Origin: Spirochaetia bacterium
Lineage (GTDB): Bacteria > Spirochaetota > Spirochaetia > SZUA-6 > Bin103
Length of the DNA stretch: 64,000 nucleotides
Direction of reading: 5' to 3'
Assembly (NCBI GenBank): GCA_965198005.1
Contig: CBDAOI010000002.1
Span: 128,001 to 192,000 of the forward strand
The translations under genes and the position numbers were made by a program. Position 1 is the stretch's first letter; every line of letters begins with the position of its first letter. Below, in pieces: positions 10,062 through 18,547 of this stretch. A model generated the notes under the pieces. It was not told the DNA's origin. It saw only the letters and a list, made by a program, of their open reading frames with translations, and did no database searches.

Positions 10062-10632
10062 GTGGAGCAGCGGTTCTTCGACCAACCGATCCTCAACTCA
10101 CCCTACGAGTACCCCGCCCAGCCCACGAACCGCATCGTCGACCCCCGGCGGAGCGTGTCGTTCATCACGCCGATCCCGGCCGCCCGCAAGCAGTGCGCGA
10201 AGCAGCAGGAGATGGTGTTCGACCAAGCTCCCAGGGCGCTGGCGACCGACGGCCAGCAGTACGACCTGACCGCCATCATCGAGAGCGTGCGCCACGGCGT
10301 CGGCGAGTGGCGCAGGCTGCCCCGCGCCAAATGGCGGGTCACCCCCGAGACCGCGCGCCTGCTCGACCACTGGCGGCCTGGGGCGGGAGGTCCCCTTCCG
10401 GTACGGCTCCGCGGCGCGCCCCTACCTCCCCCGACTTCATCGTGCTCGTCGATGACGGCCAGGGCGACCACGACCTGCTCCACCTCGTGGTCGAAATCAA
10501 GGGCTACCGCCGCGAGGACGCCAAGGAAAAGAAGGCCACCATGGAATCCTACTGGGTCCCGGGCGTCAACCGTTCCGGCGCCTACGACCGCTGGGCCTTC
10601 GCCGAGCTCACCGACGTCTACACGCTGCAAGA
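10062..10632 (+). pseudogene. second type III Res deletion derivative (N-terminus + PD-(D/E)XK C-terminus)
   Basis: FFDQPILNSPYEYP...VTPETARLLDHWR, then in another frame PDFIVLVDDG..LVVEIKGYRREDAKEK..WAFAE. Confidence 0.85.
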
Positions 10633-10691
10633 TGGTTTCTTGCGTGCGGTCGGGACCGTTACACACGCCGATAGAGAGTGCTCTTCTGTGA

Positions 10692-10945
10692 TCGTCATGC
10701 GTTTTAGGCGTATCGTTGAACGGAACATCAGCGCACAGGAGATTCAACAGGCTGGAAGTCGAGCGAACATCATTGAAGAGTACCCCCACGACAAGTACTC
10801 TCCAAGCTGTTTGCTCTTGGGTTTCACGTCTGAGGGGAGACCGCTGCACATACAGGTGTCCCTTGCGGAAACGGATCTTGTGAAGATAATAACGCTGTAT
10901 CAACCACATGCCAGTGAGTGGATTGATTACACCTATCGGAGGTGA
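10692..10945 (+). pseudogene. DUF4258-family putative toxin, 5'-damaged
   Basis: RNISAQEI..IIEEYPHDKYSPSCLLLGFTSEGRPLH; the HAF motif is out of frame by an extra T. Confidence 0.7.
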
Positions 10946-10947
10946 GC

Positions 10948-11178
10948 ATGTCCAGTTGTACGATCTGCGGCTCGGACGAACGGCAAGAAAAGCTCGCAGA
11001 AGAGGTTTTCCGAATCGATGGGCAGTATGTGCTGGTTGACCAGATCCCGGCGAACGTATGCAACCGTTGCGGCGAGGAGACATTCGGCCGAGAAACCGCA
11101 GACAGGATTCGTCTGCTGGTTCGCGGAAAGGCAAAGCCGAGCAGGTCCATCGCGGTCAAGGTTTTCGAGTTTGTTTAG
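10948..11178 (+). CDS. YgiT/MqsA-type zinc-finger protein (putative antitoxin)
   Basis: CTICG...IPANVCNRCGEETF, directly downstream of DUF4258. Confidence 0.85.
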   Translation: MSSCTICGSDERQEKLAEEVFRIDGQYVLVDQIPANVCNRCGEETFGRETADRIRLLVRGKAKPSRSIAVKVFEFV

Positions 11179-11179
11179 G

Positions 11180-11455
11180 TTTAGCACCCTCATCGACAGC
11201 CTCACCGACGCCGCCCAGTCGGCGCAGGTCATCGTGACGACCCACAGCGCGGATCTGCTCGACAACGATACTGTACCCAACACCTCGATCCTCGCCGTAC
11301 TGTCTGAACACAGGGAAACCAGGATCGGGCGGTCCGTGGACGAAGCGGGTCGATTTTCACTACGTCTCTTTACCGCCGGCGAGTTGCTGGGGACCGATCA
11401 GTTGCGCCCAGACCCGGCCCATTCAGCTCCGCACCAGCTTGAGCTGTTCGAACAC
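11180..11455 (+). pseudogene. ABC/AAA_21 ATPase C-terminal fragment
   Basis: LIDSLTDAAQSAQVIVTTHSADLLD (H-loop) ...FTAGELL. Confidence 0.7.
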
Positions 11456-11537
11456 ACGGGCGAAGGCTCCAGCCCAATTCGGCAACGCTGTTGGGACGAG
11501 AAGTCAACCCGAAATATTGGAGTAATCCATCCAGTCA

Positions 11538-12410
11538 ATGTCTAACTCTGATAGCTACTCGGAAGTGCGACTCCCACCATACTCTGACCTGCTTTGGCCT
11601 ACGCTGCTTGTTCTGAAGGCTCGCGGAGGCTCCGCATCCATTCGCGAACTGGAAGAGAACGTCGTTTCATTGTTGCGCCTGTCCGACGAGGTCGTGGAAA
11701 TGCCACATGGCGCCGGACCTCAGTCGGAAGTCAATTATCGCGCTGCGTGGGCTCGCACGCATCTGAGATTGATTGGAGCAATCAACAATACGTCGAGAGG
11801 CGTTTGGGCAATCACGGAGCACGGACGTTCGATTGATACGGAGGACAAACTGCGCAAACTGGACAAGCCGCCACGCGTACAACGAAAACCCGGGCGGCGC
11901 CCCACCTCGCGTAAGACAACCACCGACACAGATGACAACGCGACGGAGACCCGTATATGGCAGGACGATCTGCTCGGTGTCCTAAAGTCCATGGGACCAG
12001 ACGCCTTTGAACGTCTTTGCCAAAGAATTCTGCGCGAATCAGGGTTCATAAAAGTAGAAGTAAGCGGACGTTCCGGCGACGGAGGGATCGACGGAGCTGG
12101 GGTTCTACGCGTCAACCTTCTTTCGTTTCACGTACGATTTCAGTGCAAGAGGTACTCAGGATCTGTTGGTGCACCCGAAGTACGTGACTTCAGAGGTGCG
12201 ATGGTAGGAAGGGCCGACAAGGGATTGTTCATCACGACAGGACGCTTCACGGCTGACGCCGAACGGGAGGCGGTGCGAGATGGCGCCCCTGCCATTGACT
12301 TGATTGACGGTATGGACCTTTGCGATCTGCTGAAGGATCTTCGACTCGGCATGACCACCGAGACAGTCGAGGTACCGAAAGTCAATGCCAGTTTCTTTGC
12401 TGGTGTGTAG
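11538..12410 (+). CDS. mrr: Mrr type IV restriction endonuclease
   Basis: Mrr_N (LWPTL..WARTHL..RGVWAITEHG) and Mrr_cat (DAFERLC..GDGGIDG..QCKRY..GLFITTG..IDLIDG). Confidence 0.92.
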   Translation: MSNSDSYSEVRLPPYSDLLWPTLLVLKARGGSASIRELEENVVSLLRLSDEVVEMPHGAGPQSEVNYRAAWARTHLRLIGAINNTSRGVWAITEHGRSIDTEDKLRKLDKPPRVQRKPGRRPTSRKTTTDTDDNATETRIWQDDLLGVLKSMGPDAFERLCQRILRESGFIKVEVSGRSGDGGIDGAGVLRVNLLSFHVRFQCKRYSGSVGAPEVRDFRGAMVGRADKGLFITTGRFTADAEREAVRDGAPAIDLIDGMDLCDLLKDLRLGMTTETVEVPKVNASFFAGV

Positions 12411-12542
12411 TTGACATGTATGGTTGCGCGATGCGACAGACTGACACAATCACACATGAAGATCTTCATCCGTGGCGGCATGCGTCCTCGATTGCCGTCG
12501 TTGCGCAGCGTGGTGGCGATAGCCGACAAGGACAACCAATAG

Positions 12543-15479
12543 ATGGCAAAGAGAAAGTCACCCAAATCGGTTGAGACCATTACTCACGACAAGGCGTCGC
12601 GCAGGAACATTCCCACGGCGGAATACCAGTCGGTACTTGAAAAAGCGGATCAGAGTCCCATCCAGGTCGCCTACCAGCGCCGCAACCGCGACCTCGATCC
12701 GCAGCTCGTGTGGCGTGGCAAGGACGAGCAGGACTGGTCCGACCTCGTGGTGCAGGCGCCGCCACTGTTCATCCAGGAGAAGGTCCACCCAAAGCTGCTG
12801 ATCGACGACCTGCAACGGCGCTCTCAGGAGCGAGAGCAGGCGGCAGACGAGCAACTCGATCTGTTCGCCGACTTCAACGGCCTGCCGGACGACAACGCCC
12901 GCACCGAGTTCTACCGCCACGACGCGAACTGGTCCAACCGCATGATCCTCGGCGACAGCCTGCAGGTGATGGCCTCACTGGCAGAGCGCGAAGGGCTCCG
13001 TGGCAAGGTACAGTGCATCTACCTCGACCCGCCCTACGGCATCAAGTTCAACTCCAACTTCCAGTGGTCCACCACCAGCCGCGACGTGCGGGACGGCAAA
13101 CCCGAACACATCACCCGCGAGCCTGAGCAGGTGAAGGCCTTCCGCGACACGTGGCGCGACGGGATTCATTCCTACCTGACCTATCTGCGAGACCGGCTGG
13201 CCGTAGCACGGGATCTGCTTACGGAGAGCGGCAGTATCTTCGTACAGATCGGCGACGAGAATGTACATCGCGTACGCGCGTTGATGGACGAGGTATTCGG
13301 AGCAGACAATCTTTGCTCCCAAATGGCTGTTCAAAAGACAGCTGGGCAGTCTGCCGAACTAATCGCTGGAACGGCTGACTATCTTCTTTGGTATGCACGG
13401 AAATCCAGTGCCGTGAAGTTTCGTACGCCCTTGATTGAGAAATCGCTTGACACAGATCGAGCAGGTGTATATCGATGGATTCGTCGATCCGACGGTTCTG
13501 TGCGACATCTCTCGAATCAAGAACGGGTTGATGGGAAGACAGAGAATGTACTCAGGTTCGATAACCTTACTTCGCAACGCCCCCCGGGAAGTTTCCCGGT
13601 TAAGGTTAGCGGAAAGGTGTACGGATCCGGAAGAGGATACTGGAAAACTGGCGAGATGGGCATGTCTCGACTGTTGAGAGCCGACCGCGTAGGTCAAGCC
13701 AAAAATAGCCTGACTTATGTTCGACACTTTGACGACTTTAGAGCCCAGACTTTGGGTAACGTCTGGAGCGACACCGGAACGGGAAGCTTCACCGACGAAA
13801 AAATATACGTAGTCCAAAGCGGTACCAAGGTCATCCAGCGCTGCATTCTTATGACCACTGATCCCGGCGACCTCGTACTGGATCCCACTTGCGGCTCCGG
13901 TACGACCGCTTATGTTGCCGAACAGTGGGGGCGCCGCTGGATTACCATCGACACTTCCCGCGTGGCCCTGGCACTGGCCCGTTCCCGCGTCATGGGAGCG
14001 CGCTATCCCTACTACCTGCTTGGGGACAGCCCGGCAGGCCGGGAAAAGGAAGCGGAACTTACGCAGACTGTGCCCTCTGACAGTCCCACGGGCGGCGATA
14101 TCAGGCAGGGCTTCGTGTACGAGCGCGTGCCGCACATCACCCTCAAATCGATTGCCAACAACGCGGAGATCGACGTGATCTGGGAACGTTGGCAGGAGAC
14201 GCTGGAGCCGCTACGGGCGGAACTGAACGGCGCGCTTGGCCTCACCTGGGAGGAATGGGAGATCCCGCGGGAGGCCGGCGACCCGTGGCCTGACACGGCC
14301 GCGGCAGCGTGGAAGCGGCTGCAGTCGGCCCAGTCCGACGCACAGAAAGCCGACGCACTGTTGGCGCTGAACACCGCGCTGGGCCACGAATACACCCTTG
14401 AGGAGGTCCCCGCCCAGCCTCGCGACCGATGGGACGCCGGCCCGACCGACCTGCACCGCCGCTGGTGGGAGGCGCGCATTGTGCGGCAGAAGGAGATCGA
14501 CGCCTCCATTGCCGCCAAGGCGGACTTCGAGTACCTGTACGACAAACCATACGAGGATCGGGGGATCGTCCGCGTCGCCGGCCCGTTCACGGTGGAGAGT
14601 CTGGCGCCGCACCGTACGCTCGGTGTGGATGAGAATGACGAATTGATCGATCATCTCGCCGAGAGTAAGACCGGCTACGACGGACAGCAGGACTTCGCGA
14701 CCATGATCCTGGAACACCTGAACACCTCCGGCGTGCAGCAGGCGCACCGCGAAGACCGGATCTCCTTCACCGCGCTCACCCCCTGGCCGGGCCACTTTAT
14801 CTGCGCCGAAGGGCGGTACATCGAAGGTGACGCGGACACCGGCACCGAACGGCGCGCGGGCATCTTCATGGGCCCCGAGTTCGGCACCGTCACCCGCCCC
14901 GATCTGGTCGCCGCCGCCCGCGAAGCCGCCGACGCCGACTACGACGTGCTTATCGCCTGCGCGTTCAACTACGAAGCGCACGCCTCCGAGTTCAGCAAGC
15001 TCGGCCGCATACCCGTCCTCAAGGCGCGCATGAACGCCGACCTGTACATGGCCGGCGATCTCAAGAACACCGGCAAGGGCAACCTGTTCGTGATCTTCGG
15101 CGAGCCCGACATCGAGATCATCCCGGTCGAGGACACCGGCGCCCAGGCGAGCCAGATCCAGGTCAAGGTCAACGGGGTGGACGTGTTCCATCCCAACACC
15201 GGCGAAATCCGCAGCGACGGTCCCGACGGCATCGCCTGCTGGTTTATCGACACCGACTACAACGAGGAGAGCTTCTTCGTCCGCCACGCCTACTTCCTCG
15301 GCGCCAGCGACCCCTACAAGGCGCTCAAGACCACCCTCAAGGCCGAGATCGACCGCGACGCCTGGGAGACCCTCCACAGCGACACGTCCCGCCCCTTCGA
15401 CCGCCCGCCCTCCGGCCGCATCGCCGTCAAGGTCATCAACCACCTCGGCGACGAGGTAATGAAGGTCTTCCGCGTGTGA
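12543..15479 (+). CDS. mod: type III R-M Mod (beta-class adenine DNA methyltransferase), 978 aa
   Basis: IYLDPPYG motif IV precedes VLDPTCGSGTT motif I; C-terminal GRIAVKVINHLGDE. Confidence 0.92.
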   Translation: MAKRKSPKSVETITHDKASRRNIPTAEYQSVLEKADQSPIQVAYQRRNRDLDPQLVWRGKDEQDWSDLVVQAPPLFIQEKVHPKLLIDDLQRRSQEREQAADEQLDLFADFNGLPDDNARTEFYRHDANWSNRMILGDSLQVMASLAEREGLRGKVQCIYLDPPYGIKFNSNFQWSTTSRDVRDGKPEHITREPEQVKAFRDTWRDGIHSYLTYLRDRLAVARDLLTESGSIFVQIGDENVHRVRALMDEVFGADNLCSQMAVQKTAGQSAELIAGTADYLLWYARKSSAVKFRTPLIEKSLDTDRAGVYRWIRRSDGSVRHLSNQERVDGKTENVLRFDNLTSQRPPGSFPVKVSGKVYGSGRGYWKTGEMGMSRLLRADRVGQAKNSLTYVRHFDDFRAQTLGNVWSDTGTGSFTDEKIYVVQSGTKVIQRCILMTTDPGDLVLDPTCGSGTTAYVAEQWGRRWITIDTSRVALALARSRVMGARYPYYLLGDSPAGREKEAELTQTVPSDSPTGGDIRQGFVYERVPHITLKSIANNAEIDVIWERWQETLEPLRAELNGALGLTWEEWEIPREAGDPWPDTAAAAWKRLQSAQSDAQKADALLALNTALGHEYTLEEVPAQPRDRWDAGPTDLHRRWWEARIVRQKEIDASIAAKADFEYLYDKPYEDRGIVRVAGPFTVESLAPHRTLGVDENDELIDHLAESKTGYDGQQDFATMILEHLNTSGVQQAHREDRISFTALTPWPGHFICAEGRYIEGDADTGTERRAGIFMGPEFGTVTRPDLVAAAREAADADYDVLIACAFNYEAHASEFSKLGRIPVLKARMNADLYMAGDLKNTGKGNLFVIFGEPDIEIIPVEDTGAQASQIQVKVNGVDVFHPNTGEIRSDGPDGIACWFIDTDYNEESFFVRHAYFLGASDPYKALKTTLKAEIDRDAWETLHSDTSRPFDRPPSGRIAVKVINHLGDEVMKVFRV

Positions 15480-15489
15480 GAATGGATCG

Positions 15490-15978
15490 ATGAAACCACG
15501 CGTATACGTCGAAACCACGGTCATCAGCTACCTGACCGCACGTCCGGCGCGCGACGTGGTTGTTGCGGGACATCAACAGAGCACTCGCGACTGGTGGACG
15601 ACTGCGGCGCACAGGTATGAGTTGGTCGTCTCCGAGTTGGTACGCCAAGAGGCGGGATTGGGAGACCCGGACCCGGTACGAGCCAGGCTCTCCGTGCTCG
15701 CTTCACTTGCGACCCTCGACGCAACAGCAGAAGCCGAGGCATTGGCCGAAGTGCTCGTCCGCACCGCCGCGGTACCCCAGGCCGCGATTCGAGATGCCGC
15801 GCATATCGCTGTCGCCGCAGCAAATGGTGTCGAGTACCTTGTAACGTGGAATTTCCGCCATATCGCCAACGCAGTGACAAGGCCGCTCATCGAGTCTGCC
15901 TGTCGGCGAGCCGGTTTCCAACCTCCTGTAATCTGCACTCCCGAGGAATTGATGGAGGACACCAACGATGAAGAATGA
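15490..15978 (+). CDS. PIN-domain (VapC-like) toxin
   Basis: VYVETTVISYL...DAAHIAVA..YLVTWNFRHIAN; paralog of 8019-8492. Confidence 0.85.
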   Translation: MKPRVYVETTVISYLTARPARDVVVAGHQQSTRDWWTTAAHRYELVVSELVRQEAGLGDPDPVRARLSVLASLATLDATAEAEALAEVLVRTAAVPQAAIRDAAHIAVAAANGVEYLVTWNFRHIANAVTRPLIESACRRAGFQPPVICTPEELMEDTNDEE

Positions 15979-16177
15979 CCCAATCGTAGCTGAGGTTCGC
16001 GCGATACGTGACGAGCTTGCCGGCCAGTGCGGCTATGACATCAAGAAGATGTTCCAGCAATTGCGGCAACAGCAGGCCGACTCGGCACGGAAGTACGTTC
16101 GCTATCCGGCGCGTCGCATTGCCCCGACCGAAGACCTTCCACCCTCCACAACCGATGCACTCACCGGATGTTGCTGA
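15968..16177 (+). CDS. small PIN-partner protein (putative antitoxin)
   Basis: NDPIVAEVRAIRDELAGQCGYDI; overlaps the PIN gene. Confidence 0.7.
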   Translation: MKNDPIVAEVRAIRDELAGQCGYDIKKMFQQLRQQQADSARKYVRYPARRIAPTEDLPPSTTDALTGCC

Positions 16178-16189
16178 CCTCCTTCAAGG

Positions 16190-16629
16190 CCGCTGGCCGG
16201 GCCATTTCATCTACGCCGAGGGCGCTCTGCCAAGGGGGACGCCGACACCGGCACCGACCGCCGTGCAGGCGTCTTCCTCGGCCCGAGTTCGGCACCGTCA
16301 CCCGCCCCGGTCTGGTCGCCGCCGCCCGCGAGGCCGCCGACGCCGACTACGACGTGCTGGTCGCCTACGCGTCCAGCTACGTGGCGCACGCGTCGGAGTT
16401 CAGCAAGCTCGGGCGCATCCCCGTGCTCAAGGCGCGCACGAACGCCGACCTGCGCATTGCCGGAGACTTGAAGAACACCTGCGAGGGCAACCTGTTCGTC
16501 ATCTTCGGCGAGCCGGACATCGAGATCATCCCGGTCCAGGAAAACGGCGACAAAGCGGGCCAGATCCAGGTCAAGGTCAACGGCGTGGACGTGTTCCATC
16601 GCAACACCGGCGAGAACTTCCGCGTATGA
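16190..16629 (+). pseudogene. Mod C-terminal fragment
   Basis: PEFGTVTRP...NLFVIFGEPDIE...NTGE then FRV*; diverged, internally deleted copy of the mod 3' end. Confidence 0.85.
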
Positions 16630-16699
16630 GCCGCGCCGTCCGGGGACATGCTGGGCCGACTCGGAGTCTTATGTCATGAGAATGAACGGTCCAGGACCT

Positions 16700-17842
16700 A
16701 TGCGCGTAGTCGACTTCATTACTGTGGAAGGATTCAAAAGTATCAAGCGAGTAGAGGAATTGCCGCTGAATCCAATCAACATTCTGATTGGGCCAAACGG
16801 TGCAGGCAAAACCAATCTGATAGAGGCTTTCTCGCTCCTGGATAGAATTCACAACGGCAACCTTCAAGAGTATGTCATACGTGCCGGAGGAGCGAATCGG
16901 ATTCTGCACTTCGGATCCGCAATCACCCAAGAGGTAACAGTCGGCATTTCATGCCACGAGTACATGTACCGCTACGAAATCACGCTCGCATCGACCGAGT
17001 CTGACGGCCTATCTCCGTTGTCGGAATACGGATACATCGACCATCCGGAGTTCTCCGGTCCTATGGAGGTGAACTTCACGCCGCGTGGAACAGAGGCCGC
17101 GTTAAGCCGTTCGACTCCCGTCGCAGATGACTCGTCCGATACGTGGGATACGCTTGTCCAACTTCAGGACAACTGGCCCGGACCGTATTTTCTGGACACA
17201 AGCGCTACCGCGCCGATCAAGAGAACTGCAAATATCAATGACAATCGTCGCCTCCGCAGCGATGGATCGAATCTGGCCCCGTTTCTGTACTACCTGAGGC
17301 GGAAGGAGCACAGCGCTTACGAAATGATCCGCCGTACGGTTAGGCTCGTAGCCCCCTTCTTCGACGACTTCATCCTGGAGCCGCAGGCACTGGACGAGGA
17401 CAAGATCCGGCTGGAGTGGCGCCACCGGGGATCGGACGCCTACTTCGATGCTTCGTCCCTGTCGGACGGCTCGCTCCGGTTCATCGCCTTGGCGACGCTG
17501 CTGCTGCAGCCCACCCGGCTTCTCCCCTCGCTCATCATTCTGGATGAGCCGGAGTTGGGCTTGCATCCATACGCCATCACCATGCTCTCCTCACTCGTCA
17601 AGCAGGCTGCGACGAAGGCGCAGGTGATACTTGCCACTCAGTCGCCTTTGCTGCTGGATCATTTCGAGCCCGACGACGTATTGGTGACCGAGCGTGTGAA
17701 CGGTCGGTCGGAGTTCAACAGACTGGACCGCGGCGAGCTGGAGGAGTGGCTCAAGGACTACAGCCTCGGACAACTGTGGGAGAAGAACGAGATCGGCGGA
17801 CGTCCTGCCCGTGAGGAGGGCATGAGAGATTCGGCGAGGTGA
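16700..17842 (+). CDS. ABC/AAA_21-type ATPase
   Basis: GPNGAGKTN, LSDGSLRF signature, IILDEPELGLHP, QVILATQS. Start at ATG 16700 (alternative 16676). Confidence 0.9.
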   Translation: MRVVDFITVEGFKSIKRVEELPLNPINILIGPNGAGKTNLIEAFSLLDRIHNGNLQEYVIRAGGANRILHFGSAITQEVTVGISCHEYMYRYEITLASTESDGLSPLSEYGYIDHPEFSGPMEVNFTPRGTEAALSRSTPVADDSSDTWDTLVQLQDNWPGPYFLDTSATAPIKRTANINDNRRLRSDGSNLAPFLYYLRRKEHSAYEMIRRTVRLVAPFFDDFILEPQALDEDKIRLEWRHRGSDAYFDASSLSDGSLRFIALATLLLQPTRLLPSLIILDEPELGLHPYAITMLSSLVKQAATKAQVILATQSPLLLDHFEPDDVLVTERVNGRSEFNRLDRGELEEWLKDYSLGQLWEKNEIGGRPAREEGMRDSAR

Positions 17843-18543
17843 TGCGACTGCTCGTGCATGTGGAAGGAGAAACCGAAGAGACGTTCATCAACGAGGTCCT
17901 TGGACCGCACCTCTTGAGCAAGGGATACTCGATGGTCAGCGCACGCTTGATCGGCAATGCTCGACAGCGCAGTCAGCGGGGCGGAATCAAGGCCTGGCAA
18001 ACGGTGCGCAAAGAGATCATGAACCACTCGCGGGCGGACCGGCAGTCCATCGCCACCACGATGGTCGACTACTACGGACTGCCGCAACACGGCCCGGGAG
18101 CATGGCCTGGGCGAGCAACCGCCGGAGCACGTCCGTTTCCGCAGAATGCGGAAGCGGTCGAAGCCGCCCTCTCTGCCGATATCACCGCTCACATGGGCCG
18201 CGGATTCAACCCCAGCCGATTCGTGCCACATGTAGTGCTGCATGAGTTCGAAGCGCTGCTGTTCAGCGACTGCACCGGGTTCGCTCGCGGTATGGAACGC
18301 CCGGATCTTGTCCCACGTCTGCAGACGATACGCGACGGATTCTCCTGCCCGGAAGAAATCGACGACTCTCCCGTGACCGCACCGTCAAAACGTGTTACGG
18401 CGTTGATGCCTGAATACCAGAAGCCCCTGATGGGTACCCTCGCCGCCCTCGAGATCGGCTTGGCAACGATCCGCGCCGACTGCCCGCACTTCCGGAAGTG
18501 GTTGGAGCGGCTGGAGAGACTGCCACTTCAACGCGAAAGCTGA
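17839..18543 (+). CDS. DUF4276-family (TOPRIM-like) protein
   Basis: LVHVEGETEE, TMVDYYG, HEFEALLFSD, APSKR, CPHFRKWL; overlaps the ATPase stop codon. Confidence 0.85.
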   Translation: MMRLLVHVEGETEETFINEVLGPHLLSKGYSMVSARLIGNARQRSQRGGIKAWQTVRKEIMNHSRADRQSIATTMVDYYGLPQHGPGAWPGRATAGARPFPQNAEAVEAALSADITAHMGRGFNPSRFVPHVVLHEFEALLFSDCTGFARGMERPDLVPRLQTIRDGFSCPEEIDDSPVTAPSKRVTALMPEYQKPLMGTLAALEIGLATIRADCPHFRKWLERLERLPLQRES

Positions 18544-18547
18544 ACGC

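Noticed and set aside
10193-10945. Novel Res-nuclease/DUF4258 fusion protein
   Set aside because: Chance in-frame join of two gene fragments with no credible start.
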